Of a DNA stretch of 63,283 bases, positions 1 to 18,509 are shown one piece after another. The notes under the pieces were generated by a model. That model ran no database searches. It was not told the DNA's origin and saw only the letters and a program-made list of their open reading frames with translations. The translations under genes were made by a program, and so were the position numbers. Origin of the DNA: Octopus bimaculoides (Eukaryota). How positions within the stretch are numbered: the stretch's first letter is position 1; every line of letters begins with the position of its first letter. The stretch spans positions 81,819,373 through 81,882,655 of the forward strand of contig NC_068989.1 of assembly GCF_001194135.2 (NCBI RefSeq), written 5' to 3'.

Positions 1-10
1 TGATACCTGT

Positions 11-360
11 TGTTGGCACTCCGTTGCTTACGATGTCGAGGGTTCCAGTTGATCCGATCAACGGAACAGCCTGCTCGTGAAATTAACGTGCAAGTGGCTG
101 AGCACTCCACAGACACGTGTAGCCTTAACATAGTTCTCGGGGATATTCAGCGTGACACAGAGTGACAAGGCCGGCCCTTTGAATTACAGGCACAACAGAA
201 ACAGGAAGCAAGAGTGAGAGAAAGTTGTGGTGAAAGAGTACGGCAGGGATCGCCACCATCCCCTGCCGGAGCCTCGTGGAGCTTTAGGTGTTTTCGCTCA
301 GACACTCACAACGCCCGGTCTGGCAATCGAAACCGCGAATCCGCTGCCCTAACCACTGCA
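11..360 (-). mobile_element. tRNA-derived SINE family A; other copies at 14686-15025(-), 31320-31712(+), 35577-35895(-), 40487-40800(+), 57468-57761(-)
   Basis: Multi-copy sequence with an A/B-box tRNA-like head and a shared tail (...gttgatcggatcaactggaaccctcg...ggagtgccaac). The 57468 copy has a different tail, a poly-A tail and a 14-bp TSD CCTTGTATGAGACT (57454 and 57762). Confidence 0.85.
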
Positions 361-1847
361 CTCTTGATACCTATATTTATCATAAACTGACCTATGTGTA
401 AATGTCTGCATCAACATTACTATAAATAGCCACGGATATGTAAGTAGTTGCATTTACATTATTATATATTAGCATAATGTATATGTAGACATACACTCTC
501 GGAAAATATTCGTAGGCGCAGGCGTGTGGTTAAGAAGCTTTTCAACCATGTGATCTAGGGTTCAACCCCACTGCAAGGCACTTTGGGTATGTCTTCTATA
601 ACTCTGGGCCGACCAAATCTTTGCGAGTGGATCTGAAGACAGAAACTAGAAGGAGCCCGTCGTGTATATACCTTCATTTTTTACTTTTTTCAGAAATTAA
701 ATTTTTTTTTTTAAATATGCGGAAAAATACGGAGATTATGATTCTGAAAAAATTTCCAAAAATTAAAAAAAATTTTTTAAGTATTTTTTTTTCTTCTAAA
801 TATGCGTAAAAATACGGACATTATAATTCGCACAAAAATTTCAAAACATTTCTGGGATCTTTTTGGTTTGACGGGCAACACTTGTTTTCTTAACGAAACA
901 CTTGGCAAAATAAATAAATAAAATAGACATAGTTGGGAGAAAATGGGGGNNNNNNNNNNNNNNNNNNNNNGTTTAGTCATAAGTATGTCTTTGTGCAGCT
1001 AGACATTATGCAATGAGTTAATTGGATCTTTTCCTTTTGGCCGGCACATAGAAAAAATAATTTTTTTGTAACTAAACACTTTCAAATTTCGTATACTGGT
1101 AGAATGTGTCATTTAAAACACCATTTACTCTTGGCGTTTTTAAGAAAATTCTTTATTTTCGAGTGTGATATAAAGAAGATTTAGCTGTCATCTCTAACGG
1201 CTCGAGCGACCATGTTGCTGTGCTTTGCGTTGGGAATAATTCAGTGAGTGTAGAATACCTAAGGGAGGCAACTGCAGTTCTTTTCTTATTACTTGAGTAG
1301 GAGAAACCAAATCTATTTTACTCTTTTACTTGTTTCAGGAATTTGACTGCGGCCATGCTGGAACACAGCCTTTAGTCGAACAAATCGACCCCAAGACTTA
1401 TTTGTTGTAAGCCTACTACTTATTCCTTGTCCCTTTGACGAACCGCTAGGTTACGGGCACGTAAATACACCAACGATTGCTTCTTTCAGTTTCTATCTAC
1501 CATATCCACTCACAAGGCTTTGGTCGGCCCGAGGCTATAGAAGACACTTGCCCAAGGTGCCATGCAGTGGGACTGAACCCGGAACCATGTGGTTGGGAAC
1601 CAAGCTTCTTACCACACAACCATGCCTGTGCCTATTATTAAAAATAAAATTAAGGCTTTAAGAGAACCAATGCCCGAGTGTCGGGTGTGTGTGTCATAAT
1701 TTCGCCATATACAAGCATGCACAACAAAACAAGGTAAGCAATAGTTTAATATATTTAACAGAAATGTTCTAGTATATTTTAAAAAATTTCATCTCCAATG
1801 CAACACGAAGTCCAGAAGACAAATCTACTGGAGAACCTGTTCCAATA

Positions 1848-2175
1848 ATTACCTCCGCCAAGGCGGAGATATTGTTTACGGTCGCGTTTGTTTGTTTGTC
1901 CCTGGACAAAATATCTTAAGAACCGCAGGATGAATCCAGATGAAACTTTCAGGGATGTTTGGCACGAACTGATTAGATCGATCCAATACCGGACAAGGAT
2001 TCTGGATTTTTTTTTCTTCTTAATTCTTAAGAGCAGTTCATTTTAAGTATTCTTGTTTGTGAGGACAGTCTAGTTTATTTCAGATATTCTCATTTTAAAA
2101 ACCATCTCTGGCTAATCGTTGAGAGGACGGTGGGGTTGCCTTGGCGGAGGTTTGCGCTGAGTGCCCGTTTTAAAT
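1848..2175 (+). mobile_element. Non-autonomous Helentron (HINE/DINE-1-like) element
   Basis: Subterminal inverted repeats ACCTCCGCCAAGG (1851) and CCTTGGCGGAGGT (2139), a 5-prime palindrome, a (GTTT)n microsatellite after it, and a short 3-prime end running into a T tract. Confidence 0.7.
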
Positions 2176-2899
2176 CTGTTGATCCACAAATACCATTTTT
2201 ATTTCAGTCCATGTAAAATATGGACAAAGTTAGTGTGTAGCGAACATTTTGATGTGAAATCTGAGTGTATTGTCTTCCTTATTTCAGTCATTAGACTACA
2301 GCCATGTTGGGGTACGCCTTTAGAGAATTTTTTGGCCGAATGAAGTCGACCCCAGTACCCACCACCCTTTTTTAAGACCTGGTACTTATTGTATCGGTGT
2401 CTTTTGCTGAACCGACAATGTTACGTGGCTGTAAATACATCAGTTGTCAAGCAGTGATAGGATACAAATATATATTTATGACGGGCTTCTTTCATCTTAC
2501 CAAATCGACTCACAAGGTTTTGGTCGGCCCGAGGCTATGATAGAAGACACTTAAGGTGTCACATAGGACTGAACCCGGAACCACCTAGCTGGTGAGCAAA
2601 CTTACCAGTCACGCCTGCCTTTTCGTTTAGATTTGTCATACGTTAGTGGGTGTAGAACTGGTTCTGCAGTTAAAGTAGAGCTTTGCAAATGTGCCTTCAG
2701 GTTCGATTCTACTGTTAAATATTATAGCATTAACTCGACCAAAGTATTGGGAGTGGAATTTCGTTGATGGAAATCGTGTGGAAACGTAGAGAGAGCACGG
2801 TTAAGTGTATGGTAAAACTAATCCCCTGCTCAGTTTAAAACTGGATGCTTTTAGTAGAGTTCACTTTGTAAATTTAACAGAGGCCAGATCACCAAATTT

Positions 2900-3730
2900 C
2901 TTCCAGTTCCAGGACAATAAGACCAAGCTCTCACTTAATGTAAGGGAGACAATTCTTGGGTGTGGAGTAAATCCCTTAAGAGAAATTTTATTTTATTTTA
3001 AAAGTACTGAGTTTTTTGTTTTTTTTTACCGTATTTTCCAACACCCAATCTATGGAATGATATCCCAAAGTCTTTGGATAAATTCTGGTTGCAAAGGCTT
3101 CGGTAATTTTGATACTGTGACTGTTCTAAGAATGTTAAATATTCCATTTTTCTGTAAAGATATTACGCTTATAATTTTGAGGTTAATAAGGATATAAAAA
3201 AAAAAAGTAAAATTTGAGCAAACGTGCTTTCATGTGGTTGAACCTGCAAAAAAGTGCAGCCAAACTTCTCTACCATCGTAAAAAGACAGGTAGTCACGAC
3301 CAGAAAGCTTTTGATTAAGAGTACTATCAGTGTTAACCTAGGTGTAGTCCCAACAATATAAGAAAATGTTGATTAGATAAAAGATTTTACATCCTCACCA
3401 ACAAAATTTCCTTTGTCTAGGAGTCATCATTAGACTGCCCAGTGAACTTACTTGAAATTGTAGCCAGATCCTCAATAATTTATGACACACATGAATAAAC
3501 ATATGCAATATAGTCATCGGAGATTTAGATGGGTGACTCTGGGTGATTGTCACACCCTATAAAAAAGATGGTAATAGCAGTTCAAGATCTACACAATCAA
3601 GGTTAACCTGCAGTTTAACAGCAATTATCACAAGGAGAATGTGCTTTTGCTGTTGTAAGAAAATACCAGAACCATCAATATTTAACCAAGTCCAGGAACA
3701 GCATACTTTGTTGGCCTCGGAAAGATGACA
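2900..3730 (+). mobile_element. Highly decayed PIF/Harbinger (DDE_Tnp_4-like) transposase relic
   Basis: Broken-frame peptides appear in Harbinger order: FSNTQSME*YPKVFG, ARILNN, VIGDLDG*LWVIVTPYKKDGN, QQLSQGECAFAVVRK. Compare the family motifs HDARV..NS, IGDSAY...LLTPY and LSRAR..ECAFG.LK. Recognised by eye only. Confidence 0.45.
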
Positions 3731-3789
3731 TGCAAGAGTGACAACGGTGGAATTTAAATAGGATACAATTAGTAATAACATAATCTGAG

Positions 3790-4400
3790 GCCTCTGCCAG
3801 CCCACTTCTGTGTACCTTTCCTTCATTGGACACTAAACTCTGCTTGCGAAGACCTGTTGAGACAAATGAAATAGAAATAAATTTGATGACTGGCACCCAT
3901 GCCAACCTATCCTTCATTGGACACTAAACTCAGCTTGCAAATACTTGTTGGGGCAAGTGAAATCGAAATCGTGATTGAACCGAATTCGATGACTGTCACC
4001 TGTGCCAGTGGAGTGCTAAGAGCATCGTCCGAACGTGATCATTGCCAGAGCAGCTGTCTGGCTTCTTTGCCAGTGGCATGGAAATAGCACAATTTGAGTG
4101 CGATCATTACCAGCACATGAAAAAAACATTCAAGCGATGTCGTTGCCAGTGCCACTAGACTGGCTCCTGTGCAGGTGGCACGTAAAAAATACCATTTTGA
4201 GCATGGCCGTTGCCAGTACCGCCTGACTGGCCCTCGTGCCACGTAAAAGCACCCACTACACACTGAGTAGTTGGCATTAGGAAGGACATCCAACTGGAGA
4301 AACCTTGTCAAATCAGATTGGAGTCCGGTGTAGTCTTCTGGTTCGCCAGACCTCAGTCAAATCGTCCAACCCATGCAGGCATGAATGGTGATGATGATAA
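3790..4400 (+). mobile_element. RTE-type LINE 3-prime end or RTE-tailed repeat; related pieces at 33600-33900, 37660-37960, 38320-38640, 38700-38870, 45990-46200, 50650-50990, 52710-52810, 62995-63225
   Basis: Multi-copy sequence (ggatgcccttcctaacgccaacc...catgggttggacg) ending in (ATG)n/(CAT)n tails. Confidence 0.7.
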
Positions 4401-4820
4401 TTGATTGCAAACTACAATACTAGCATTGACATTAAGCTCATGTGATGATACACAAAGCTAGAGGAAAAGTAAATTTGATTGTAGCAACGTTTGAACAAAA
4501 ACACAGGGCAATAACTAAATAGATGGCATTTTGTTCACCACTTTAAACAGGTTTGCTTAATATAGGTATAATGCATAAGGCAGAATCATAGGACAAGATG
4601 CTTAGCATCCTTTCAGAATTGATTAAGTATTGAGAACTTTCGTGGGTATAATAGACTTACCCACCTCCAAGATAGCTGGCCTTGTGCCCAAATTTGAAAC
4701 CAATATAGGTATAAAGCTTAAAAATGATGCTGATGGTGACAGTTGATTATTAGTATATGACTGGTATATGCTTTGAAAAAAAAAAAACGAAAACAAAACG
4801 ATATAGATAAAACGGCAAAC

Positions 4821-4826
4821 TTTATT
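4821..4826 (-). terminator. Polyadenylation signal of alpha-tubulin 1
   Basis: AATAAA on the minus strand about 33 nt after the stop codon. Confidence 0.6.
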
Positions 4827-4858
4827 TCCATACTTTGTTACATTTCAAATTATTGGAA

Positions 4859-10124
<5,266 letters not shown>

Positions 10125-10282
10125 TGTTCAAGATTTGTTAGAAATTTAGTGAGTTGAAAGAAAGGGATTAATTTGTTCTGTAGATATGAGGGCAAACTTT
10201 AGCTGAGAAGACTCACTGGGACGTGATGAATCCTACATGAGATCACAAAGCAACTGAATAAGATCACGCAGTGCCGTGTGGT

Positions 10283-10292
10283 TTTATATATA
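10283..10292 (-). promoter_or_regulatory. TATA box of alpha-tubulin 1
   Basis: TATATATAAAAC on the minus strand about 160 nt upstream of the ATG-only first exon. Confidence 0.65.
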
Positions 10293-10322
10293 GCAGCACT
10301 ACTCACCCTCTCTTTATTTATC

Positions 10323-11570
10323 TATCTATCTTTCTCTAATTCTCTTCCTTCTCCTTCTTCATCAATTAATATTCTCCTCTATACTTCTTTTCCCTTTCTT
10401 TCCTTCTGTCTCATATTTTTACCTCTTACTATTCCTCAGTTGCGTCCTGCTAGTCGGTCGGTCATTTACTGACCTTCAGTTCACACTACCCAACCACCCT
10501 CCCTTTTATTTCTTCTTCACTTCCACTCTATAGTCTTCTATCTTACCTCCTCTTACTATTCCTCTTACCTTCCCCCACATTTGCTTCTCTCTCTCTCTGT
10601 ACCTGTCTCGATCTTTCTCTTTCTCCCTATTATAATGTGGGGAATATCAGTTTCAGTTCTATTGTCCAAGCCGTTTCGTCATTTATTTGGAACACTTCAT
10701 TTATGTTGCTAATTTCTCGGAGAAAGGATGACTACCACAACACCCTAGAGTTTCCTTCCTTAAAAATCCACAGACTCAGACTTCGTGTCAATAGCTCTAA
10801 AAAAATTGTTTAAAAAAGATGTTCTATTATTGCTGTCTTTTCTTTCAACACTAAATGCTCATCTTAAAAAGTATATACATGGTTGCAAAACGAAATACTA
10901 TGGCTTCGCCAGCAATTTATATATATATATATATATATAGCTCCAGATGGACTATATGTAATCTGAACCTTTCCCCCCTTATTTTTTAAAATTTTTTTAC
11001 AGAATCCCACGTTTTAGGCTATGGAGATTCCGATTCTGAAAAAAANNNNNNNNNNNNNNNNNNNNNNNNNNNNNNNNNNNNNNNNNNNNNNNNNNNNNNN
11101 NNNNNNNNNNNNNNNNNNNNNNNNNNNNNNNNNNNNNNNNNNNNNNNNNNNNNNNNNNNNNNNNNNNNNNNNNNNNNNNNNNNNNNNNNNNNNNNNNNNN
11201 NNNNNNNNNNNNNNNNNNNNNNNNNNNNNNNNNNNNNNNNNNNNNNNNNNNNNNNNNNNNNNNNNNNNNNNNNNNNNNNNNNNNNNNNNNNNNNNNNNNN
11301 NNNNNNNNNNNNNNNNNNNNNNNNNNNNNNNNNNNNNNNNNNNNNNNNNNNNNNNNNNNNNNNNNNNNNNNNNTCAGATTACATATAGTCCGTCTCTAGT
11401 TGGGTAGTGTGAACTGAAGGTCAGTGAATGACCGACCGACTAGCAGGACGCAACTGAGGAATAGTAAGAGGTAAAAATATGAGACAGAACGAAAGAAAGG
11501 GAAAAGAGGTATAGAGGAGAATATTAATTGATGAAGAAGGAGAAGGAAGAGAATTAGAGAAAGGTAGATA
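10323..11570. repeat. Inverted duplication (arms 10323-10494 and 11399-11570; inner pair 10945-10966 and 11374-11395)
   Basis: About 172-bp arms with only a handful of mismatches. An N gap lies between them. Confidence 0.85.
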
Positions 11571-12934
11571 TATATATATATATATATACACTCTTCGGGT
11601 AGCAAGTGTGTCGCACACACCTGCATGTCATTTAGAACACTATACTATCAATACGCTTATTCAAATGTATGCACTCTCTCTCTCTCTTTCTTTCCAGTCT
11701 GACTCACAACACCAGCTTCATCACAAAGTAGGACCACGTGCTAACAGGGAAGGTTCTTACGAACCCACTAGAAATAATAACTAAATCGCCTCAAATTACA
11801 TCCGCTATTATAAACATTAAATGCGGTAGCCTACAATCCTAAGACAGACGAGATGGTCACGACTGGTACAAGTCTGCTCGATCAGGGTCTATCTAGGATT
11901 AAATATCAATAACAACAATAATCCATTTCCACCTTAATCCCACTCCGTTTACATACCCTTATGCCCACATGCAACCACCCGCAACTTTCTCTCATAAACC
12001 CTCTATCGAAATCTCACCCAGCTACCATTATCCAATTGATGTTTACGTCATAGATCTTCATTCAACACACTCCCGGATGTTTGATTAGACATTATTGCTC
12101 ATCATCATCACCACCATTTTTCTACCGCCATCATCGCAACCACCAGCATCACTACCACCAACATCACTATTACCACCACCACCACCGCCATCATCATTCA
12201 TTACACCACCATCACCATTATAATCCAGAACGTCATAAGAGTGTCACAGAATAAAAGATAAAATTTATGGTGTACGTAGAATGTAAGTAAGGCTGGTTTA
12301 AATTTCCCATTTGCAACCAATTTATTCCACTTTGAGAAAAACATTCAAGTCACAGAGCGTCAATTCGCCATTTGTGTGGTATCAGTCTGTGACACTGTGG
12401 TACCCGAGATTGATGCAGCAGCTACAAAGTGACTCTGCGTAACACACTGTCGTACTTGATATAGGCGCATGCGTGGCTGTGTGGTAAGAAGATTACTTCT
12501 CGACCACTCTGTTTCAGGTTCAGTTTCACAGCGTGGAAGCTTGGGAAATTGTCTTCTGCTATAACCTCGGGCTCACCAAAGCCTTGCGAGTAGATTTAGT
12601 CAATGGAAATTGAAAGAAGTCCGTTGTATGTGTTATTTCTTTACTACCCACAAGGGGCTACGCTTAGAGGGGACAAACGGATTAAGTCGATTATATCAAC
12701 TCACAGTGCGTAACTGGTACTTATTTAATCGACCCCGAAAGGATGAAAGGCAAAGTCGACTTCGGCGGCAGACGAAATACTGCTAAGCATTTCGCCCGGC
12801 GTGCTAACGTTTCTGCCAGCTCGCCGCCTTATGTGTGTGTTTAGCCCGTTGTATATGTGTTTGTCTCCACCGCTTGAAAACGGTGTTAGTTTATTTACAT
12901 CCCCGTAATGTAACTGTTCGGCAAAAGAAAACGA

Positions 12935-13617
12935 GGATCTTGTTCAAAACGGGGGCACCAGTATCTTCTTAACGAAACACTTTGAAAGTTGGGACACTGG
13001 TAGAATGTGTCATANNNNNNNNNNNNNNNNNNNNNNNNNNNNNNNNNNNNNNNNNNNNNNNNNNNNNNNNNNNNNNNNNNNNNNNNNNNNNNNNNNNNNN
13101 NNNNNNNNNNNNNNNNNNNNNNNNNNNNNNNNNNNNNNNNNNNNNNNNNNNNNNNNNNNNNNNNNNNNNNNNNNNNNNNNNNNNNNNNNNNNNNNNNNNN
13201 NNNNNNNNNNNNNNNNNNNNNNNNNNNNNNNNNNNNNNNNNNNNNNNNNNNNNNNNNNNNNNNNNNNNNNNNNNNNNNNNNNNNNNNNNNNNNNNNNNNN
13301 NNNNNNNNNNNNNNNNNNNNNNNNNNNNNNNNNNNNNNNNNNNNNNNNNNNNNNNNNNNNNNNNNNNNNNNNNNNNNNNNNNNNNNNNNNNNNNNNNNNN
13401 NNNNNNNNNNNNNNNNNNNNNNNNNNNNNNNNNNNNNNNNNNNNNNNNNNNNNNNNNNNNNNNNNNNNNNNNNNNNNNNNNNNNNNNNNNNNNNNNNNNN
13501 NNNNNNNNNNNNNNNNNNNNNNNNTATACGAAGTTTGAAAGTCTTTCGGTACCAAAAACACTACATAAAACATAAATGAAAACTGGTGCCCCCGTTTTGA
13601 ACAAGATCCGAAGATCC
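12935..13617. mobile_element. Non-autonomous TIR DNA transposon inserted in a SINE
   Basis: Perfect 28-bp TIRs GGATCTTGTTCAAAACGGGGGCACCAGT (12935-12962 and 13582-13609) and an 8-bp TSD GAAAACGA (12927 and 13618). The interior is mostly N. Related internal sequence occurs at about 680-1150. Confidence 0.75.
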
Positions 13618-16600
13618 GAAAACGATACAATAAGAACTTGTCTTTTAAAAAAATTAGGGCTGGTGTTGGTTTGTTCGACGAAACTCTTCACGGTGGCACC
13701 ACAGCATGGTTGCAGTCCAATGACTGGCACAAGTAAGAGGTAAAAACAAATAACATACACAACTTCTTTCGCTCGTCCCATCTCTCTCCTCTCCCTCCCC
13801 CTCTCTCTCTCTCTATCTATCTATCTATTTATCTCTGGCTAACACACATATATACAGAAACACTATGTCCACAGACTATTACGTACACGATGTCACAAGA
13901 ATAATAACTACACACGCTGCCCACACAGATAATCATTCACACAATGTTTCATTTCGAAGACTAAAACCAGTCCTTCCTTTCAGAACTAGAAAATACTTCA
14001 GCTGTCCTCCCCCTCAGCAATTAATGTTTCTCAACAAAACTCGGACGAAGTCCACAATGGAGTATTGCACCTGCTTCTTTCACACAGACTAAGGTGGCCT
14101 TAGTCCAGAGAGAGATTATTCTTTTAAACATGTGAGACAGCCTCGTCTCACATATTTGCTGTCTTTTTCTTTCTACAGTAACTATAATGGCCTCTGCTTC
14201 GCGAAGGCAGTTGGTCTTGTGTTACCGTTACTTGGGTATTTTCAACTCTTTATCCCATCAGCCTTACTATGTCCCCCGCTCTAGCCAAACCTAACACGAA
14301 TTATTATGATTACTCCTTCCTTTCCAGAATGTTGCCTCTCTTGAATTTCATCTCTCTCTCTCTCTCTGCTCATCGTTAACAACATCAATTTCATTGTTAT
14401 CAGAGGGCGTCCCTTCTTCCTGATTTAGCAAGTAAAAGAATGTTACATGTACAATATCTCTCGCACAACGACAGGCAGTATTACCTCGTATCATTTGTGA
14501 CATACTCTGTCACAAACGACACCAACGCACTGTCACATATAATGGTGTCACTCATAACATAATTTCCCATTTCGAGACATAAATACAGATCGAACGTCAC
14601 ATAGATAATAAAAGACAGTCACACATACTGGCTTGTTCATTGACACGCGCATACAGACAGAATTTCACGCAAACTACACAAAATGGTTGGCACTCCGTCG
14701 GTTACGACGACGAGGGTTCCAGTTGATCCGATCAACGGAACAGCTTGCTCGTGAAATTATCGTGCAAGTGGCTGAGCACTCCACAGACACGTGTACCTTT
14801 AACGTAGTTCTCGGGGATATTCAGCGTGACACAGAGTGTGACAAGGTCGGCCCTTTGAAATACGGGTACAACAGAAACAGGAAGCAAGAGTGAGAGAAAG
14901 TTGTGGTGAAAGAGTACAGCAGGGTTCGCCACCATCCTCTACCGGAGCCTTGTTTTCGCTCAATAAACACTCAACGCCCGGTCTGGGAATCGAAACCGTG
15001 AGTCCGCTGCCCTAACTATTGCACTACCACACAAAATAACATATGTACATAATGCGATATGTTCACAATATCTCACACTTGCATATGCAGTACCTGCAGG
15101 TCTTTCGTGTAGGAGACAGCACCCCAGCATAATAATTAAGATCTATTAAATAAAGTAGGAAGTGAGTGTAACCTTTAGTAGTATGATGATAACTGGATAC
15201 ATTTCAATATTTTTAATCCTCCTAAACAAGTCGTACTTTATTTGCGATTATCAGATGGCTGGAGATAAATCCATGCAAAACAGTATTGTAACTCAATGTC
15301 AGACAGAAAAAAAAAAAGACCCGACACGTCTGCTGCACGGAAACCCTTGATGTTGAAGACTAATAGTGGTGTAGCTAGAGCGTTACAGCCCTTGAATTTT
15401 CTCTCCCCATCCCGCCACACACAAGCTTATACAACAGACCCAAAACTACCCCCTCATAAAAGCGTCGACCGGTCTGCAAAATTTTTTTTTTACGAGAGTT
15501 CAGGACCCCAGTTATGAACTCATTTGCATACACCCAATCAGAGCTCAACTACCAAACTAATTTATGAGCGCATAACAAGTGATGGGCAATAAGATAAGGT
15601 CACTTGAGTAAGGAATGACCATGCTTCTTTTCTCTTTTAATAATGTTTGTTGTTCTTGTTCTTGTTTCAACCATGGCTGCTTCTGCGTAGTTATTTGTTG
15701 TTTACTTTGTAAAACAGTAAAGGGAGATGGTTGCTAGCACATTACCTTCTACCCGCATTTTCCCCATCCACTTCTTTATCATATGGGGTCCTAACAAAAT
15801 TCGATAATAGGTATAGATGCAAATCTAATTACTTGTCTCCTTCTAAAACCAGGCATAATTTGGCGATCGGTCGACTTACAACACNNNNNNNNNNNNNNNN
15901 NNNNNNNNNNNNNNNNNNNNNNNNNNNNNNNNNNNNNNNNNNNNNNNNNNNNNNNNNNNNNNNNNNNNNNNNNNNNNNNNNNNNNNNNNNNNNNNNNNNN
16001 NNNNNNNNNNNNNNNNNNNNNNNNNNNNNNNNNNNNNNNNNNNNNNNNNNNNNNNNNNNNNNNNNNNNNNNNNNNNNNNNNNNNNNNNNNNNNNNNNNNG
16101 ACTGCTTCACTCGTTCCATTGTCTCCACCCACCTCCTGCCACGCTACTGACAACCAATAGATCTCAAGAGTTACATTTTTCGTAATGAAACAATTATTAT
16201 CGAAATGACTGTAGCAGGGTTTAGAATTGAAACCGCGTTAGCTCAGTAACAAGAAATAGGACCACAACATATCAGGTGATCTCGGCTTCGTTGTCAGTCA
16301 ATGGTATTTTAGCTAGGTACGATTTCTACTGGAAATTTCCATAGGTTTCCCGCAAAAACTTGGTTATAAATCGAGATGTGCCCCACAGTCAAGGGAGAGG
16401 CCCCTCTGTGTTAGACCCAGTGTGGCCAATAAAAGACAGAAAGAGAGGCATCAGACGTCTATGAGAAAGCAGGTTTCTTGGTCGCTGCCCGATCCCAAGT
16501 TTTAAAAAAACAAATCATTTGTCCACAATGAATGTATAATTTTCTCAACACGAATACGTTGCTATTTAATTCTTAGACAAACACAACATACATACATGAA

Positions 16601-17457
16601 TACCTCTAGGGATCAATGTTACAGCCTCCGGCAATTAAACACTGTAATCATTGCAATGTTTATGCACAAATAAATGGTCTCATCAAAAACCCAAAATGGA
16701 CTTGGTTGTATATGGGAAACAGCATGCAGCTTCATTCAGCTCTACCAGTCATTGAACATTCATAATTGTGGGAACGAAGTTTGTTTAGGGGGTACAAACC
16801 CAGGTCCAAATTTTTTAACATATAAGGTCTTATTTTTATTAATCTTAATAGCAAAACGAAAACAGGTAATATGAAAATAATAATAATTATTATATTTGAA
16901 CATCAATCAAATAAGATAAATCCAATAATGGAAAAGTAATGTTTCAAATCAATCCCAAAATATTTCTACGCTCGTTCGTTTTGGCAATGTAGTTTTTCAG
17001 TGGGCATGTTCAAAGCATTTTCACTGTCTCTATTCCCAATTTTTTTTTTGTGGGTGCGGCTTACACCTAGTTTCCGACCTTATTTTAACACTCAGTTTAC
17101 CAATTTCTACGTCTAAATCTAGTATATATGTGTATACACACACACACATAAGAATTTGTTAAATCCGAAACCTGGTTCCTGTTTAATAATGATTTTTTTA
17201 GGTGATTTTAAATGTCTTGCCCGCTCACGTTTTTGGTATGCTGCTATATTTCATGTTGAGAACTTTTTAGGTCTTAATAGACACAAAATGTGATCTATTT
17301 CTAGCGCATTAATTGTCCACGTTAGTGGTCGACGTTATTTTTAAAATGTACCTTAATCCCCTGAGATTGCAGATAATATTTCTGAATCTCTTTGATTCTT
17401 TAAATGTGCTGGCCCCCTGATAATTAATCGATATTAATTAATAATTACCAGATCTTA

Positions 17458-17488
<31 letters not shown>

Positions 17489-18509
17489 TCCTGACTCCGA
17501 AAGGATGAAAGGTAAAGTCGACCTCAGCGGAATCTGAACCGTGAAGACGGACGATATGCTTTTAGGCATTTTGCACGACGTGCTTACGGTTCTGCCAGCT
17601 CGCCGCCTTAATTTATCAGAAGTTATTAAAAGACTATTGTTGACTATCGTCATTGTTGTTGCTACTGCTGCTGCTGTTGTGGTGGTTTTGTTCGTTGAAG
17701 GTCACTCTAAAGGTCAACTTCATCAAGAGGTTTCAATTGACATCAGAATATATCTTTTTCATTCATGGCGTTGAATTGGCGGAGCTACTATGTTACTCCC
17801 TTATTCACGCTCCGTCTTGTTTTACATCACTTCTACTTCCTTTAGTTTACGACTTCCCTTTCTACTATTTTCTTAATTTCCCTCATCTCTCCTCCACATC
17901 CCTCCCCTTTTCTTTTTCTGTTCTTTTCTCTACAACAATTACTAGATACAGTATAACATACCAAACTGAAACCAATATCAATGGATATGTTTTGCTATGG
18001 CGTTTATAGACACTCCAATCCTGATCTCTAGCAAAAGAGAACGACTAGACGAGAAGAGGGTGAAATTTTAGTCTATTTTAATCCTTCTTCATCCTAAAAA
18101 TGGTTTATTTAACATTTTTTGTTGAAAGTGGGAATAGGACTTTTTTTCTTTTGTTCTAGTCAAACAAATATATGTGAGACTGCTTGTTGCCAAACTATTA
18201 AAATCAATCGATCAATAAGGTCTTGTAATTAAATCGTGATACCACGAAAGCTTTCTGGATACTCTTCAAACCAGTTTTGTGAGCATAGTTCATTGACACT
18301 AAACATGCGAAGTTCGAGTTTTATACAGAAGTATTACACAATTAGTCTGCCATAATACATGCTGCTAATCGCAATGTTATCGACGTAACTTTAGACATGT
18401 AGTGAAACTACCTATCGTCACTAGATACAAAACTACTATCGCCATTACATACAATCTTCTCATTTAAATATAAATAAATGCGAGCGTAGTAGAGAACCCA
18501 TTCCTTGTC

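Noticed and set aside
2861-3826. Chain of phase-0 GT-AG exon candidates on the minus strand (3556-3452, about 3337-3274, 3125-3030, 2974-2861) with open frames
   Set aside because: The product resembles no family I recognise, some introns would be only 51-55 nt, and the plus strand is better explained as a decayed Harbinger transposase.
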